64,000 nucleotides of DNA from Eledone cirrhosa (lineage: Eukaryota). A program made the position numbers and the translations under genes. How positions within the stretch are numbered: position 1 is the first letter of the stretch; each line of letters starts with the position of its first letter. Below the pieces are notes generated by a model that did no database searches, was not told the DNA's origin, and saw only the letters and a list, made by a program, of their open reading frames with translations. The DNA lies in contig OZ024742.1 in NCBI GenBank assembly GCA_964016885.1, positions 328,228,001 to 328,292,000 on the forward strand. The letters are read 5' to 3'. Below are positions 14,808 to 27,657 of this stretch, piece by piece.

Positions 14808-15259
14808 CACGCACGCGCGCGAACATACGTAGTCACTCATGTACATATATAAAAAGTATACACACATTTAGGCGTTCAGCCATATTGATACAGGGTGTAA
14901 AAAACTTGTGGATAAATAAGTACAAATATAAAATTGTAAGATAGGCTGCGCAAAAATAAAATAAAAATAAAAATAAAAATGAAAATGAAAAATATATCTG
15001 GTTTGAAAAACACAAAAGACAAGTTTAATCAGTTAGTGGAGGGAAAAGGGAAGTAAAAGAAGGGGAAGTAAAAAATAGAAATTGAATCGGAGAATAAAGG
15101 GGGGGGGGGGTGAAGTAAAAATAAAAGTAAAAATAAAAGTAAAAATAAATGAAATTATTGACAAGGATAAAAATGAAAGTAAGTCAGAAAGGGTAATTAA
15201 AAAGAGGATAATAAGAGTTTATGGAGGATAAGTATCTGAAAGTGTGTTAAGTTTATATG

Positions 15260-16149
15260 AGCTGGAAAGCAGGTGTGATTTCATGTGTGGGCAACTGGTG
15301 AAAATTTCCGTCTTTGTGTTCAGGCAGGTCTTTGGTGATTTTAGATTTTTCAATATCCAAAATTTTTCATTTATCAGAGCGTGCATTTTATTGTTCCTCT
15401 AGCATATTTTTTAGATTGGTTCAAAATTGACCAATCTAGTTTATATTGGATGCCTTGGTCTTTCAAATCCCAAATTCTGCTAGCCAGAGCTGTTGTAAAT
15501 CTTTTTTCTGGACGTCGAAAGGATGCGACATGTGAGTAATAACGCGTTTTGAATCTGTCTTGCGTCATACCCACATATCGTTCACTGGTGGCTGGATGGT
15601 TGTTGCTGATGGTTGTCACTTTAGCCGCATATACAATGGCTTTGGTGTTGCATTTACCTTGTAATTGATTCTACAGGAGCAAGTTTGATTTTCTCTAGGT
15701 GATATTTTGTTGAGGATATAGGACTTAATAGGGGGACCGCAGGAATAGGTAATTTTAACACAGTTTCTGTTAAATATCTTATAGTATCTATGTGTTCTAG
15801 GGAAATGTTTATCTAGGAGTTCTAGGAATTTTTTGCCTACATTAGTTTTAACTGCTAGAGAGTAGGGGGGTGTGAACCAGATTATTTTTCTTTTCCTATT
15901 TTTATGTTTAATAGAGTTAGTGTAGTTAGGTATGTATTTAATCGGTTCGCTAAAGCCGCTATTTTGGAGGGCTTTATTATAGTAGGGGGATGCCTTATTA
16001 AAAATAGCTTCTGAGGAAGAGAGGGTGGAGATCCTACGGCTAATATTAGGGATAAGGTTTTTAAAAACTATAGGTGGATGGCAAGATCCTTTATTTATAT
16101 ATTTTAAGTTTTCATTAGGTTTATGGTATGGTTTATAAGCAGTAGGCAA
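15260..16149 (-). pseudogene. Frameshifted Penelope-like RT-thumb / GIY-YIG coding remnant
   Basis: YKPYHKPN..LKYINKGSCHPP, IIWFTPPYS..VKTNVGKKFL, then IVYAAKV...RYVGMT..FKTRYYSH..SF and IWDLK; several frameshifts. Confidence 0.85.
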
Positions 16150-16353
16150 ATCTACAAAAGTACACTGAAAATTAATAATTATAAACCTACTTTCAAAATC
16201 AAAGTTAAAAAGATTTGGTGTCGTTCATTCCTTTAGAGGTATTAGTCATATTTAGTGTCCACTTGTCAATCTTCTCGCTCTTTGGTAACAACCTTCTTAT
16301 TCTTATGTGTGTTTAACTGTTGAATTGATTTAATTTGATTATTTTAACAAGCA

Positions 16354-16412
<59 letters not shown>

Positions 16413-16453
16413 CGAAACATAAGTCAATTGCATGAACTCATAATCCTTTATTT

Positions 16454-16509
16454 ACTGCTATATATATTTCGATGATAGCCATTGAATGGCTATGACCTCA
16501 TCAGGCAGT
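16454..16509 (-). ncRNA. Type I hammerhead ribozyme motif in a short insert between (TA)n tracts (16408-16573)
   Basis: Minus strand: ACTGC-CTGATGA-GGTCATAGCCATT-C-AATGGCTATCATC-GAA-ATATATAT-A-GCAGT; homolog at 57805-57859. Confidence 0.75.
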
Positions 16510-16569
16510 TAGTCAGTTCTTAGATATGCCAGCTCTGTGTGTATAGTGTTGATGGTATCAGAGCCTTGG

Positions 16570-16624
<55 letters not shown>

Positions 16625-16629
<5 letters not shown>

Positions 16630-17272
16630 AATATATTACACAAATAGAAGTGTGTTACACAGTGAAATGTGTGTAAAGAATTATTACAAGTGATTTTAAC
16701 CGTTACTGTATAGAAAACAATATTTACAGGTTTAGCAATTAAATAGAAAAAAACCTAAGTCAGAATCAAATCTCTGAAGTAGATTTTAAATTACTAAGTT
16801 TGCTGATACGAATTAAGTTCGTTTCACCACAGAAATGTGCAGTTTAACAGCCGCAGGTTCATCAGTCAGCAAATGCGGATTCTGTTTACTACACATCTAG
16901 CCTGATGGATAGAGAGAAAGCTAATATACACGCTGCCCAGGGTAGAGCGAAATCACGCGTTATTTGCATCAAATAACGAACTTAATTCGTATCAGCAAAC
17001 TTATAAGGTTAGTAATTTAAAATCTACTTCAGAGATTTGATTCTGACTTAGCTTTTTTTCTATTTAACTGCTAAACCTGTAGATATTGTTTTCTATACAG
17101 TAACGGTAAAAATCACTTGTAATAATTCTTTACATACATTTCACTGTGTAACATACTTCTATTTGTGTAATATATTTTTATCTGAGCTCAGAAGAAAATT
17201 CTCTATTCTTCTTTGAGCTAATATTATTATTATTACTGTGAACTGCGGAATGGTCTTAATTCCGATCCTAGT
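16625..17272. mobile_element. Asymmetric fold-back element, family E
   Basis: Arms at 16628-16823 and 16975-17177 are inverted; the right arm has an extra ~95 nt; (TA)n lies at both ends. Confidence 0.85.
16799..16873 (-). ncRNA. Intact type I hammerhead ribozyme
   Basis: Minus strand: TTTGCTGA-CTGATGA-ACCTGCGG...CTGTGGT-GAA-ACGAA(CTTAA)TTCGT-A-TCAGCAAA; 8-bp stem I, 5-bp stem III, all core nucleotides present, GUA site. Confidence 0.85.
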
Positions 17273-17295
17273 ATATATATATATATATATATATA

Positions 17296-18045
17296 GTAAT
17301 AATAAAAAATTTGAAGACTAAAATCCATAGAGCGCTCAATAAGGATAAATATATATCAAATATATAAGAACCGTTGAGTAAATATTTATTAAAATAACAG
17401 ATTAAAGTTTAAGCAAAGAATCGCTGCTTTCACCCTTAACGGGATCTTCTGAAACTAACAAAAGTCAATCTGTAAACGCAGAAGTAGATATTTCAAAAAA
17501 CGTTGCAACCGGAGGAAGACAGGAAGACGATACTTTGGTTCGTGGAAACGTTCCCTGGCAAAGAACGGGAAAAAACGAATATAATACGTCATTAATAGGA
17601 GCGGTGAAAAACAATTACGCGCAAAGACAGAACCACTGTATTTTATTTACTTTATTCTTAACTCTGTAGCGGAGATTCATTCGGTTTCCTAGTTAGAATT
17701 TTAGTCTACGATTCAGCTATACCATTTACGTGGTTTTGTCTTTGCGTGCAATTGTTCTCTACGCTCCACATATGACGTATTATCTTCGTTTTTTCCGTTC
17801 ATTTCCAGAGAACGTCTCTATGAACCACCTAAGTGAACATTAGTCTACGACTTCTTTTATACCATAAACGTGGTTCTGTCTTTGCGTAATTGAACCAAAG
17901 TATCGTCTTCCTGTCTTCCTCCGGTTGCAACGTTTTTTGAAATATCCACTTCTGCGTTTACAGATTGACTTTGTTAGTTTCAGAAGATCCCGTTAAGGGT
18001 GAAAGCAGCGATTCTTTGCTTAAACTTTAATCTGTTATTTTATAA

Positions 18046-18050
<5 letters not shown>
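17296..18050. mobile_element. Asymmetric fold-back element, family D, with scrambled centre
   Basis: Arms at about 17385-17541 and 17892-18050 are nearly perfectly inverted; the left arm has an extra ~90 nt. Family fragments at 42762-42810 and 45648-45782. Confidence 0.8.
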
Positions 18051-18105
<55 letters not shown>

Positions 18106-18173
18106 GTAAAACTTAACCGCCGTCTCAGTTTGTATGGCCTTTATAACATATGTATCCGTATATATATAAAAAA

Positions 18174-18216
<43 letters not shown>

Positions 18217-18233
18217 TATATATAAATATATAT

Positions 18234-18858
18234 GTAGATAAATCTACCAAAAGTTTACGGTAGTGTCCAATCCGTATGAAGAACTCAATGTAATCCGGAT
18301 ATCATGAAAAGAGAAGATGCATTCAAAAACTACTTTCGGCGAAAAATAAACGGAAAACAGAGTCAAGATAAATTAATAAAATAATGAATAAACAAAGAAA
18401 CAGTTCCTTATATTAAAAAAAATTCATCATTTTACGATCGTTTCTAGGATATATATGTGTTAGAGTTGGTATGCATATTCTATAGATCTATGTACAATAT
18501 TTATACAAACTATCAGAGGGAATATACATACCTACACATATATATGCTGTCTTCAGAAATAATGATATTTGTTTATTGAAGAAAACAAAGATTCAATACA
18601 ATAGGTCTGTTTGGGAACGGGTTTTGAATAGACCAATAGAGAGATAGTGAGCGTCAAGATAGTAATATAGTAGTAGAAGAACCTTAAATTATGGGTAGAG
18701 GAAGGTAGATTTCAATTTAGGATGGAAAAGAATATTATGAATTCATAATATTCATACCAACTCTAACACATATATATCCTAGAAACGATCGTAAGATGAT
18801 GAATTTTTTTAATATAAGGAACTGTTTCTTTGTTTATTCATTATTTTATTAATTTATA
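18234..18858. mobile_element. Asymmetric fold-back element carrying an HHR
   Basis: 18368-18478 is inverted to 18748-18858; extra ~135 nt on the left; (TA)n at both ends. Confidence 0.8.
18424..18565 (-). ncRNA. Type I hammerhead with stem II domain of about 105 nt
   Basis: Minus strand: TCATTATTT-CTGAAGA-[CAGCATATATATGTGT...ACACATATATATCCTA]-GAA-ACGATCGT-A-AAATGATGA; 9-bp stem I, palindromic stem III; the base of stem II has mismatches. Confidence 0.65.
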
Positions 18859-18937
18859 AATATATATATATATAAATATATATAAATATACATATATGTT
18901 ATAAAGGCCATACAAACTGAGACGGTCGCTGAATTTA

Positions 18938-18977
<40 letters not shown>

Positions 18978-19249
18978 GCCAATCATTGTAAGTTTGAATC
19001 TGACATGCAAAAACATATATATATGAATAAATTAACCCAAAATCATAGTAGATTGAAATATCACAGAGAGAGAAAGTAGGAGAGATAGAGGGGGGGGGGG
19101 GGGGGTGCCAGGAATGAACCATGGATTACAGGTCAAAATATGGTCTAGATAGATGAAACAAAACGAGGATGTAGTTTATGGAACACCCAAATGATTGAGA
19201 AGTCGATCTTAAGTAGGAGCAATAACATTAAGAAAGACATGAAGGGCAC

Positions 19250-19725
19250 CACAACACTTTGTATTGAACATTTTTAAAGTAGGTTTATAAGTATGAATTT
19301 TCATCAGATTTTCGTAGTTGTCGCCGTGGTCTAGCGGTAGGTACTAGAGACGGTGGAGATCCTGATGTTAGGTTCAATCCTGGTAAAGAGGTATCCTGTT
19401 TTTCAGATTTTATTTTAAAACCAATAAACAAAATGAAAAATTTTTTCGGGAACCTACTCCCGACCAGGATCGAACTTTAGACGAGGATCACCACCATCAA
19501 TGATTCCTCAACTAGGCCGCCGAGACAGACATAAAAGCATAGCGAAAATTAATAATTATAAACCTACTTTCAAAAACAAAGGTTAAAAGATGCAGTTTCG
19601 TTCATTTCTTTCCTAGAGGTAATAGTCATATTTAGTGTCCACTTGTTAATCTTCACGCTTTACTTATTTCTATGCGTGTTTAACTGTTGAATTAATTTAA
19701 TTTGATTATTTTAACAAATAAATCA
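19250..19725. mobile_element. Old fold-back element containing two convergent tRNA-like heads
   Basis: AAAGTAGGTTTATAA (19277) and TTATAAACCTACTTT (about 19556) are inverted. A/B-box-like TGGTCTAGCGG...GGTTCAATCC on the plus strand (19320-19385) has a diverged mirror on the minus strand (19455-19530). The right flank is repeated at 16167-16357. Confidence 0.55.
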
Positions 19726-20138
19726 TATATATCACCCCCTCCCCCCGCTCTCAAGATCGTGAACCCAATAAACTTTTATTTGTACTGCCTCTCCGTTTTG
19801 TTCCCGTCCAAGTTTTCACTATATATATAGAGAGTGGCGGACTGACCAGGTTGCCAGGTTGCCCAATGTCAAGTGGGCACAAGGGGGCCCACAGTATCAT
19901 TGCAGGAACCCACAATATCATGCAGAGCCCACTGTATTATTTTAGCTTTCAAAAAATACTTGAAGTCTAAGAGAAAGAATAGCATTTAAAAAAAATAATA
20001 ATAATTAAGCAAAGCGTTTCGTCAACCAATTCCCGAGGGAATTAATAGAAGCCAAAACATATGATAGTGCAAATAGCTGGAATCAGTGGTTGTACATTCT
20101 ACTAAATCTAAAGCTTAGTGTATTCATTCATGCAAACA

Positions 20139-20196
<58 letters not shown>

Positions 20197-22164
20197 TATA
20201 TATATATTACTCTCAAGCGTGAACCTAATACCAAACAGCTTTCATAACTGTACTCCTTGTTATTGTATTTTACGTTTCCAATATATATATATACATACAT
20301 ACACTTACACACGAAATATTGACCAAATAATTGTTTCTACTTTTGGCACAATGCCAGCAAATACCCAGTACATTACTGGTACTTTATTGACCAAATAATA
20401 TTAAAGGCATCTGTCAAATCAATTAGTGGTGAGAGAAGAAACAGGCCTGTGTAGTTGCTGGGTAAGGCGCATTTATAAATAAGAGGAAAGCACGAACGGT
20501 GGATAATTTTCTCTCATCAGTTGTCTGCTGGAGTCCATAGATATTTCTACGCATTAAAGACAAGATATCTAGCTTCAGTGCGTCAAAAACTAAAGGGAGT
20601 TATTGGGTAAAAAGGGAGAGAGAGAAAAATATATAACAGAAGGTAAAAGGGAAGAAAAAGGAAACAACCATCGGACAAAAACGGAAACCAACATACCGAA
20701 GAGGGAAACCCGAAAGCACGTGTGTATGAGCAACTCGAAGAGAGTGAAAAAATTAAAATCGACATCAGCTACTGGACATAAGACCGAGGCTATGTGCACG
20801 AGAAAAAACACGTCTGACCACTGCAAGAGTAAGGGAAAAAGACAGGCGAGAGGAACAGTCAAGAAAAACAGTGGAAGCATCGGGCTAACTAGCAGAGAGA
20901 TGGAGAGTAAAAGTGAGAGGGAGAAAGGGAGAGAAAGAAAGAACTTAAGTTCGATGCTGTGTGGATGAGAAAAAAAAACACGTCTGACTTCCGCAAGAGT
21001 AAGTGAGAAAGAGACAGCTAGAGCAACAGGTGACAGAAACAGTGAGGTGGCTAACAGAGAGAGGGAGAAAGGGAGAGAAAGAAAGAGGAGGAAGAGTTGA
21101 TAGCAACAAAATAGATAGGTAGAAAGAGAGAACAGGTCACAGCAAAACTTGATAAAATATTTTAGAAGAAATAGGGGTTGTGTAGTTACTGGATAAGGTG
21201 TCGAATCTGATGGAGATTACATCATATCTACGTAACTTAATAACCTCTTGGTCAACCTGCAAAACAAAGGAGCTAAATCTGCCTCAAATCATATCGTTCT
21301 TGAAAAATACGAGAGAACATTGGATAAATGAGATATACGAGTAGAGTATTAAAATGGAGAAAGAGAAAGGTGCAGCAAACTTTATGGTAATAGAATTAGC
21401 AAACACCTGGTTGTGTGACAAACATCTTAAACATTATGCCATATGTTTTTACAGAAATATACACAGATATTAGACCGTTAAAGCATTTCTTAATGTCCCA
21501 TTTAGATATACATACAGATGGTTACATGAACAGCCACTGTCATATTATTTGCTACATACATACTTACAAACATACCTAACTACATAGATGCACATATACT
21601 TACACATAAGCAGAGACATATACACAGAAAGATACACACACACACACGCACGCGTATATATATATATATACTGCCATAAAATTACTACCATCAACAATGA
21701 ATACAACAGCGGCTAATTTATATCTCGTTCACTTTACAGCCACATCAATATTTACAACTACTTCACGATCAAAAAGCAGCTCTACATCTGTAGAGTAGAA
21801 GTAGGAGCAGCAGTCTAACAGCCACCGGTATCACCACCAAATCAACCTCCACCTCAATATCCATCACTACTCCCTCCACTACTAACTCCAACACTACCAC
21901 CACCACCAGTAACACCACAATGACTAACACCCTCAGCAGCATTACAACCCTCCCTCAACATAACAACCACCACTATCACCAACACAATCACCACCACCCC
22001 TAACACCACCATCACTAGGGCCATCAACAAAAACAACAAATATGCTGTTTGTATTATATTTTGTTCTTTTTTTCTGTTATATATTTCAGGAATTTTTCTG
22101 AAATGATGACATAGCAGTGCCCAGCCACCTGAACATCTCCTTACCCTAGCACCCCAGCTCCTCA

Positions 22165-22830
22165 CCCCTCACTACCACCAGCACCACCATCGCTACCAGC
22201 TCCCACCACTTCCACCACTACCACCACCACCACCACTACCACCACCACCACCACTTCCACCACTAGCACCACCACCACTTCCACCACTATCACCATAACC
22301 ACCACCTCCTCTTCCACCACTACCATCACCACCACCACCACCACCACCACTTCCACCACTACCACCACTTCCACCACTACCACCACCACCACCATACTTC
22401 CACCACTGCCACCACCACCACCACTTCCACCACTACCTTCACCACCACCACAACCACTTCCACCACTACCACCACCACCACCACCACCACCACCACCACT
22501 TCCATCACTACCACCACCACCACCATACTTCCACCACTACCACCACTACCACCACTAACACTACTACCACCACTACCACCACTTCCACCCTTACCGGCAC
22601 CACAACAACACACTTCACACAACTACCAGGACAGCCAACAATAGAACCATCACCAAAACCCAAACCAGCACTGGCAGTAGCAGCCGCAGCACCGATACCA
22701 CTACCACCACTACCACCACCACCACCACCACCACCACAATCACCTCAATCAACACCACCACTACCACAATCACCTCCATCAACACCACCACCACCACCAC
22801 CACCACCCCATCCACACCTTTCATCCCTAT
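22165..22830. repeat. Degenerate (ACC)n trinucleotide repeat
   Basis: Read directly from the sequence; a further ACC-rich patch lies at 21830-22020. Confidence 0.9.
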
Positions 22831-23196
22831 GACCCTCTAGAAACTTCCACGCCCATCACTTCACGATATTTAAGACCCAATTAATAATTCGCTCCAAGAT
22901 GTTAGCATTATTGAAGTAGCGTTGTTTGATATTAGGATATATATGAGAGAAATATGATGAGAGGTGATGGGGTAGATATTGTTTTATGGTTGTACTGCTG
23001 TCATTGATGGAGGCGGGGTAGGGCCCGGTAATTGACGATAAGAGTGGGGTGAAGGAGAAAACAAGCATTGTCATTTTTATATATTCTCATAAATGTTTTT
23101 GTGGCATTTAATACTAAATACTAATGAAGTACTAATTACATACAGGACGTATGCAACATATGTGTGAGAGTTTACACACACACACTATACATGCAT

Positions 23197-23227
<31 letters not shown>

Positions 23228-23249
23228 AATGTATATATATATGTATATA

Positions 23250-23324
<75 letters not shown>

Positions 23325-23341
23325 GTATGGATGTATGTATG

Positions 23342-23428
<87 letters not shown>

Positions 23429-23439
23429 TCTTTTTGATA

Positions 23440-23729
23440 TATATCTTCTTGGTTAAGAGAGTGGGACTGGCTTTGTGCAGTGCCTTTGCTCACTATAAAA
23501 GCTTCACGGCACAGGCATTGCTTTATAACTGGAGATCTCTCTGCACTTGTCGTCACATGGTACCATGGGCCCAGCACTATGTGTCAATAATTGTCACAGG
23601 TTTAGTGTTTGTACCAGAGTTTTCAAGTCGCTGGCTGGACTAAAAAGTCACTCTCGTTCAGCGCATCGATAGGGGTTCTCCTACATGGATATAAAGTAGT
23701 GGCCGTACTCAAAAACGAGTTGGCAGCCA

Positions 23730-23731
<2 letters not shown>
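23440..23731 (+). mobile_element. 5'-truncated copy of family H
   Basis: High identity to 12293-12592. Confidence 0.8.
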
Positions 23732-23811
<80 letters not shown>

Positions 23812-24104
23812 GGAAAAAATGAAACGATATTTCATTTCCCACTCTTAGTACGGCTGTTACTTAAATATAAGTATGTACACGTACATACATATATGTATAC
23901 CGACGTACAGTAGTATGTATATATATATATACATACATGCACACATATATATATGCACGTATGGATTCACCGAACATTTATTATATATATATATATATTT
24001 ATTATATATATATATATATATATATTCCCATTTTGACGCTATAGTCACTTATATATATTATGGAATACTGTTGGCTTTTTGCTACAATGTTTTCTATACC
24101 TTTC

Positions 24105-24250
<146 letters not shown>

Positions 24251-24282
24251 ATATATGTGTATATATATATATATATATATGT

Positions 24283-25935
24283 ATATAATATTAAGGATAC
24301 TATTTATAGTTATGTATATTTTAAACTATAAACAGGGAAGGTCAGTAATTTATTACTACCTTATTACCAGTAAGATAAATAGCTCAATGTAATAACATCA
24401 GTTGTTCTACAGAGCAGTTATATAGAATTCACAAGAATCAAAGCTATGTTCAAAGCATTTATTCACTTACGACTGTTTCATCCAAACCTAGGTTTAGAGT
24501 ATTCGCAGCATTTTTCAATGTTTGTACATATAATTGACTTCCTATCCAACGCAGGAGACATACAGATACATATATATATATTGATGTACAGTGGAGTAAC
24601 ATATATTATAGTATACTATATTTGTACAGCAATTCAAATTCAAAATCAAAATCAAAATTAAAATTAAAATTAAAATCCATTCGGCAGATAACACAGATAA
24701 AGCTAGAGGATAGTTTGATAATCAGATCTAATAGGTAGTGTATGCGTAAGTTACACATGGAGCATGCAAGTGTGTCTCATTTATATACGATTATTGTGTG
24801 GCATGGTGTTACATGTAATGCAAGCCCTTAAAGCGGGTAAGCAAGAGTATTATGGTGGTTGTAGTGGTAGGGTATTTTTTGTATAGATCAAAAAAGTATG
24901 TGTGCAGAAAAAGAAAAAAGAAAAAGAAAAAGAAAAAGAAAAAGAAAAAGAAAAAGAAAAAGAAAAAGAAAAAGAAAAAGAAAAAGAAAAAGAAAAGAAA
25001 AAGAAAAAGAAAGTTATAGTTTTCGCATCCACCACCATTTTCACATTCAGACAGTTACGATGATTCCGTATTGAATGTTTGATGCATTAAATTATTGTAG
25101 CGTATTGAGGGTCAGTGTTATTTAATCCATATTTATAGAATAGGTTCTTTCTGCTGCGAGAATTTACAGTGGTTTATTACCCGGAATAGGTGTGTAATTA
25201 AGGGGAGTTAATGCGTAAGGGGAGGTAACTAGCTGATTCTCATAACTAGATTCATTGTTCTAACATACATTATATGGTGCCTCAATTGAGTCCCTTATAT
25301 AAAAGGTTATATATTTATATCTAATTTTCAATTTTAAATACAGTCTACTCTATCATAATGTATTAAAGGTATCTATAGGAAGTTGATTACTCTTTATTAT
25401 ATAGTGCTATAATTGAATTTCCCACACAAAGTGCTATATCTTTATATCAAAGTTCACTGTAAATACAGTCTACTCTCAAAACATATCAGAGGACCTATTA
25501 GAATTTTGTCTACATAACCCCTGGTAATCTATGGAGCAGCGTGTGGCCGTTTGCATGACAAAATCAAATACATCTCTTGGGTAGACAAATACATCCCTCA
25601 TTTACAATGTCATTAATCTATCCATCCTACTAGATCTGACTATCAAACTATCCTCTAGCATTATCTGTGTTATCTGCCGAATGGATTTTAATTTTAATTT
25701 TAATTTTGATTTTGATTTTGAATTTGAATTGCTGTACAAATATAGTATACTATAATATATGTTATTCCACTGTACATCAATATATATATATGTATCTGTA
25801 TGTCTCCTGCGTTGGATAGGAAGTCAATTATATGTACAAACATTGAAAAATGCTCCGAATACTCTAAACCTAGGTTTGGATGAAACAATTGTAAGTGAAT
25901 AAATACTTTGAACATAGCTTTGATTCTTGTGAATT
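24283..25935. mobile_element. Asymmetric fold-back element with arms of about 310 bp
   Basis: About 24425-24735 is inverted to 25626-25935 (the ORF track shows near-identical 71-aa pseudo-ORFs on opposite strands); extra ~140 nt on the left. HHR-like 3' half GAAACAATTGTA at 25882-25893. The spacer includes (GAAAAA)n at 24906-25012. Confidence 0.85.
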
Positions 25936-25975
25936 ATATATATGTATATATATATATGTATGGATATATGTATGC

Positions 25976-26082
<107 letters not shown>

Positions 26083-26269
26083 AGAGTTAAGCAAGATTCA
26101 ATGAATACATCAAAGAATGAGTTTTACAATAGATTGGAAGCACTCTACAGTTAATATTTTCCAGAGTTATTAATATTAATTCAAAATATTAACAAAATAG
26201 ATATTCTTGTGATCAATTATATTTTCTCATACATATTTCAGATATTTAAATAGAAAACTGCCGGAGATT

Positions 26270-27657
26270 ACCGGTGGTTTATATAGGGACGATATTTTAT
26301 TTACAGTTGTTAAACACAACAATATAGAACTAAATAGAGTAAACAAACATATAATTGAATTCTTTAAAATTTACGACCTTAAACTAGAAGTAGAAAGTGG
26401 TACCAAAATAGTTAATTTCCTTGATGTTACCTTTAACTTAAACTCTGGTTTTATTACCCTTTCCTTTGAAAACTTAAATTATGTTGGTTATTACTCTAAT
26501 CACCCTAAGTCAGCGAAAAAAGCAATTATAAATAGCGTACAATAAATATCTGCCAATAAATCAATATTTGAGGAAAATGCAGGATATTACAATGATGCGC
26601 TAAAAAAGGCAGGTTATAAAAATAATTGTTTCTACTTTAGGCACAAGGCCAGCAATTACCCAGTGCATTACTGGTACTTTATTTTATCGACCCTGTAAGG
26701 ATGAAAGGCAAAGTCAACCTCGGCGGGATTTGAACTCAGATCGTAAAGGGACGTAACTATGCTGGAAAGCATGGCGTCCGACCCTCTACCGATACTGCCA
26801 TAAAAATAATATAGAATATATAGACAATAATAATCCAGGTTTTAATCCTGATAAAAATAATGGCATATATAAACGAAATTCGATAAATTCCAAAATTATA
26901 ATTCAAACACCTGTACTGTCAATAAATCGGGGAAAAGACCCAGAACTAAATCGTTTATATGGTTTGCCCGCTCCCCCCTGCTTCTGTAGCAGTAAGAACA
27001 CCAATAGCTTATCTAATTTTTAAAGCTTTGCATAGTTCATTCCCTGGGCAACATAAATACGATTCCATTTTTAATAGACACACAATTAAATTATCTTATT
27101 CTACAACTATGAATATGGCCCAAAACATCGCTAAAATAAACAGTATAATTCTAAATCAAAATCAACATAATGATATTAATAATAGTGTTAATATAAATAA
27201 TAATAAATCAAAATGTAATTTTAGAAATAAACCAGATTGCCCTCTGCAAAATAATTGTTTGGATAGAAATTTGGTGTATAAATGCACCGTAAAAACAAAT
27301 AACAACACATACAACTACATAGGAGCAACTTCCACAACATTTAAATCGAGATTTGCGAATCACAAATGCTCATTCTCGAATTCTAATAGGAAATCTTCGA
27401 ATTCTTTATCACAGCTTATATGGTCATTAAAAGACAAACATTTTAAATACTCGATCTTTTGGACGAAGCTTTGTAATAGTGGAGTTTATATCAACTCTTC
27501 AATATCAATTAACTGCAGCCTCTGTACAAAGGAGACCCTATTAATAATTAATAATTATGAAAACTTAATTAACAAAAAAAGTGAATTATTGTCAAACTGC
27601 CTTCATAAAGCTTTGTCTACATTCCAAGCCTCGCAAATAGTCAGGATAAAACAGTAA
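26270..27657 (+). pseudogene. Decayed Penelope-like RT plus GIY-YIG coding region
   Basis: GGLYRDD (26273-26293), VNFLDVTFNL, YSNHP, IFNRHTIKLSYS, Cys-rich linker KCNFRNKPDCPLQNNCL, LVYKC...YIGAT..TFKSRFANH, CSLCTKE, NKKSELLSNCLH; contains frameshifts and a SINE insertion. Confidence 0.9.
26627..26799 (-). mobile_element. SINE inserted into the PLE ORF, 11-bp TSD
   Basis: TSD ATAAAAATAAT at 26616-26626 and 26800-26810; near-consensus family sequence. Confidence 0.9.

Larger units (their letters stand above)
13779..16150 (-). mobile_element. 5'-truncated Penelope-like element (RT thumb plus GIY-YIG endonuclease, long 3' region with HHR, ends in (TA)n)
   Basis: Minus-strand ORF pieces 15616-16149 and 15374-15619; HHR-like motif at 13881-13958 on the same strand. 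The extent of the 3' region is inferred. Confidence 0.75.

Noticed and set aside
19320-19390. Functional tRNA gene
   Set aside because: No full cloverleaf can be drawn; degenerate and embedded in a repeat.
21137-21256. Minus-strand acceptor TTTTGCAG followed by a short open frame (VDQEVIKLRRYDVISIRFDTL...)
   Set aside because: No convincing donor or protein motif; cannot be supported as an exon.
22060-22830. Splice-acceptor-like TTTCAG at 22089 followed by an ACC-rich tract that could encode a Pro/Thr-rich exon
   Set aside because: All three frames hit a stop within 25 nt of the acceptor; best explained as a decayed trinucleotide repeat.
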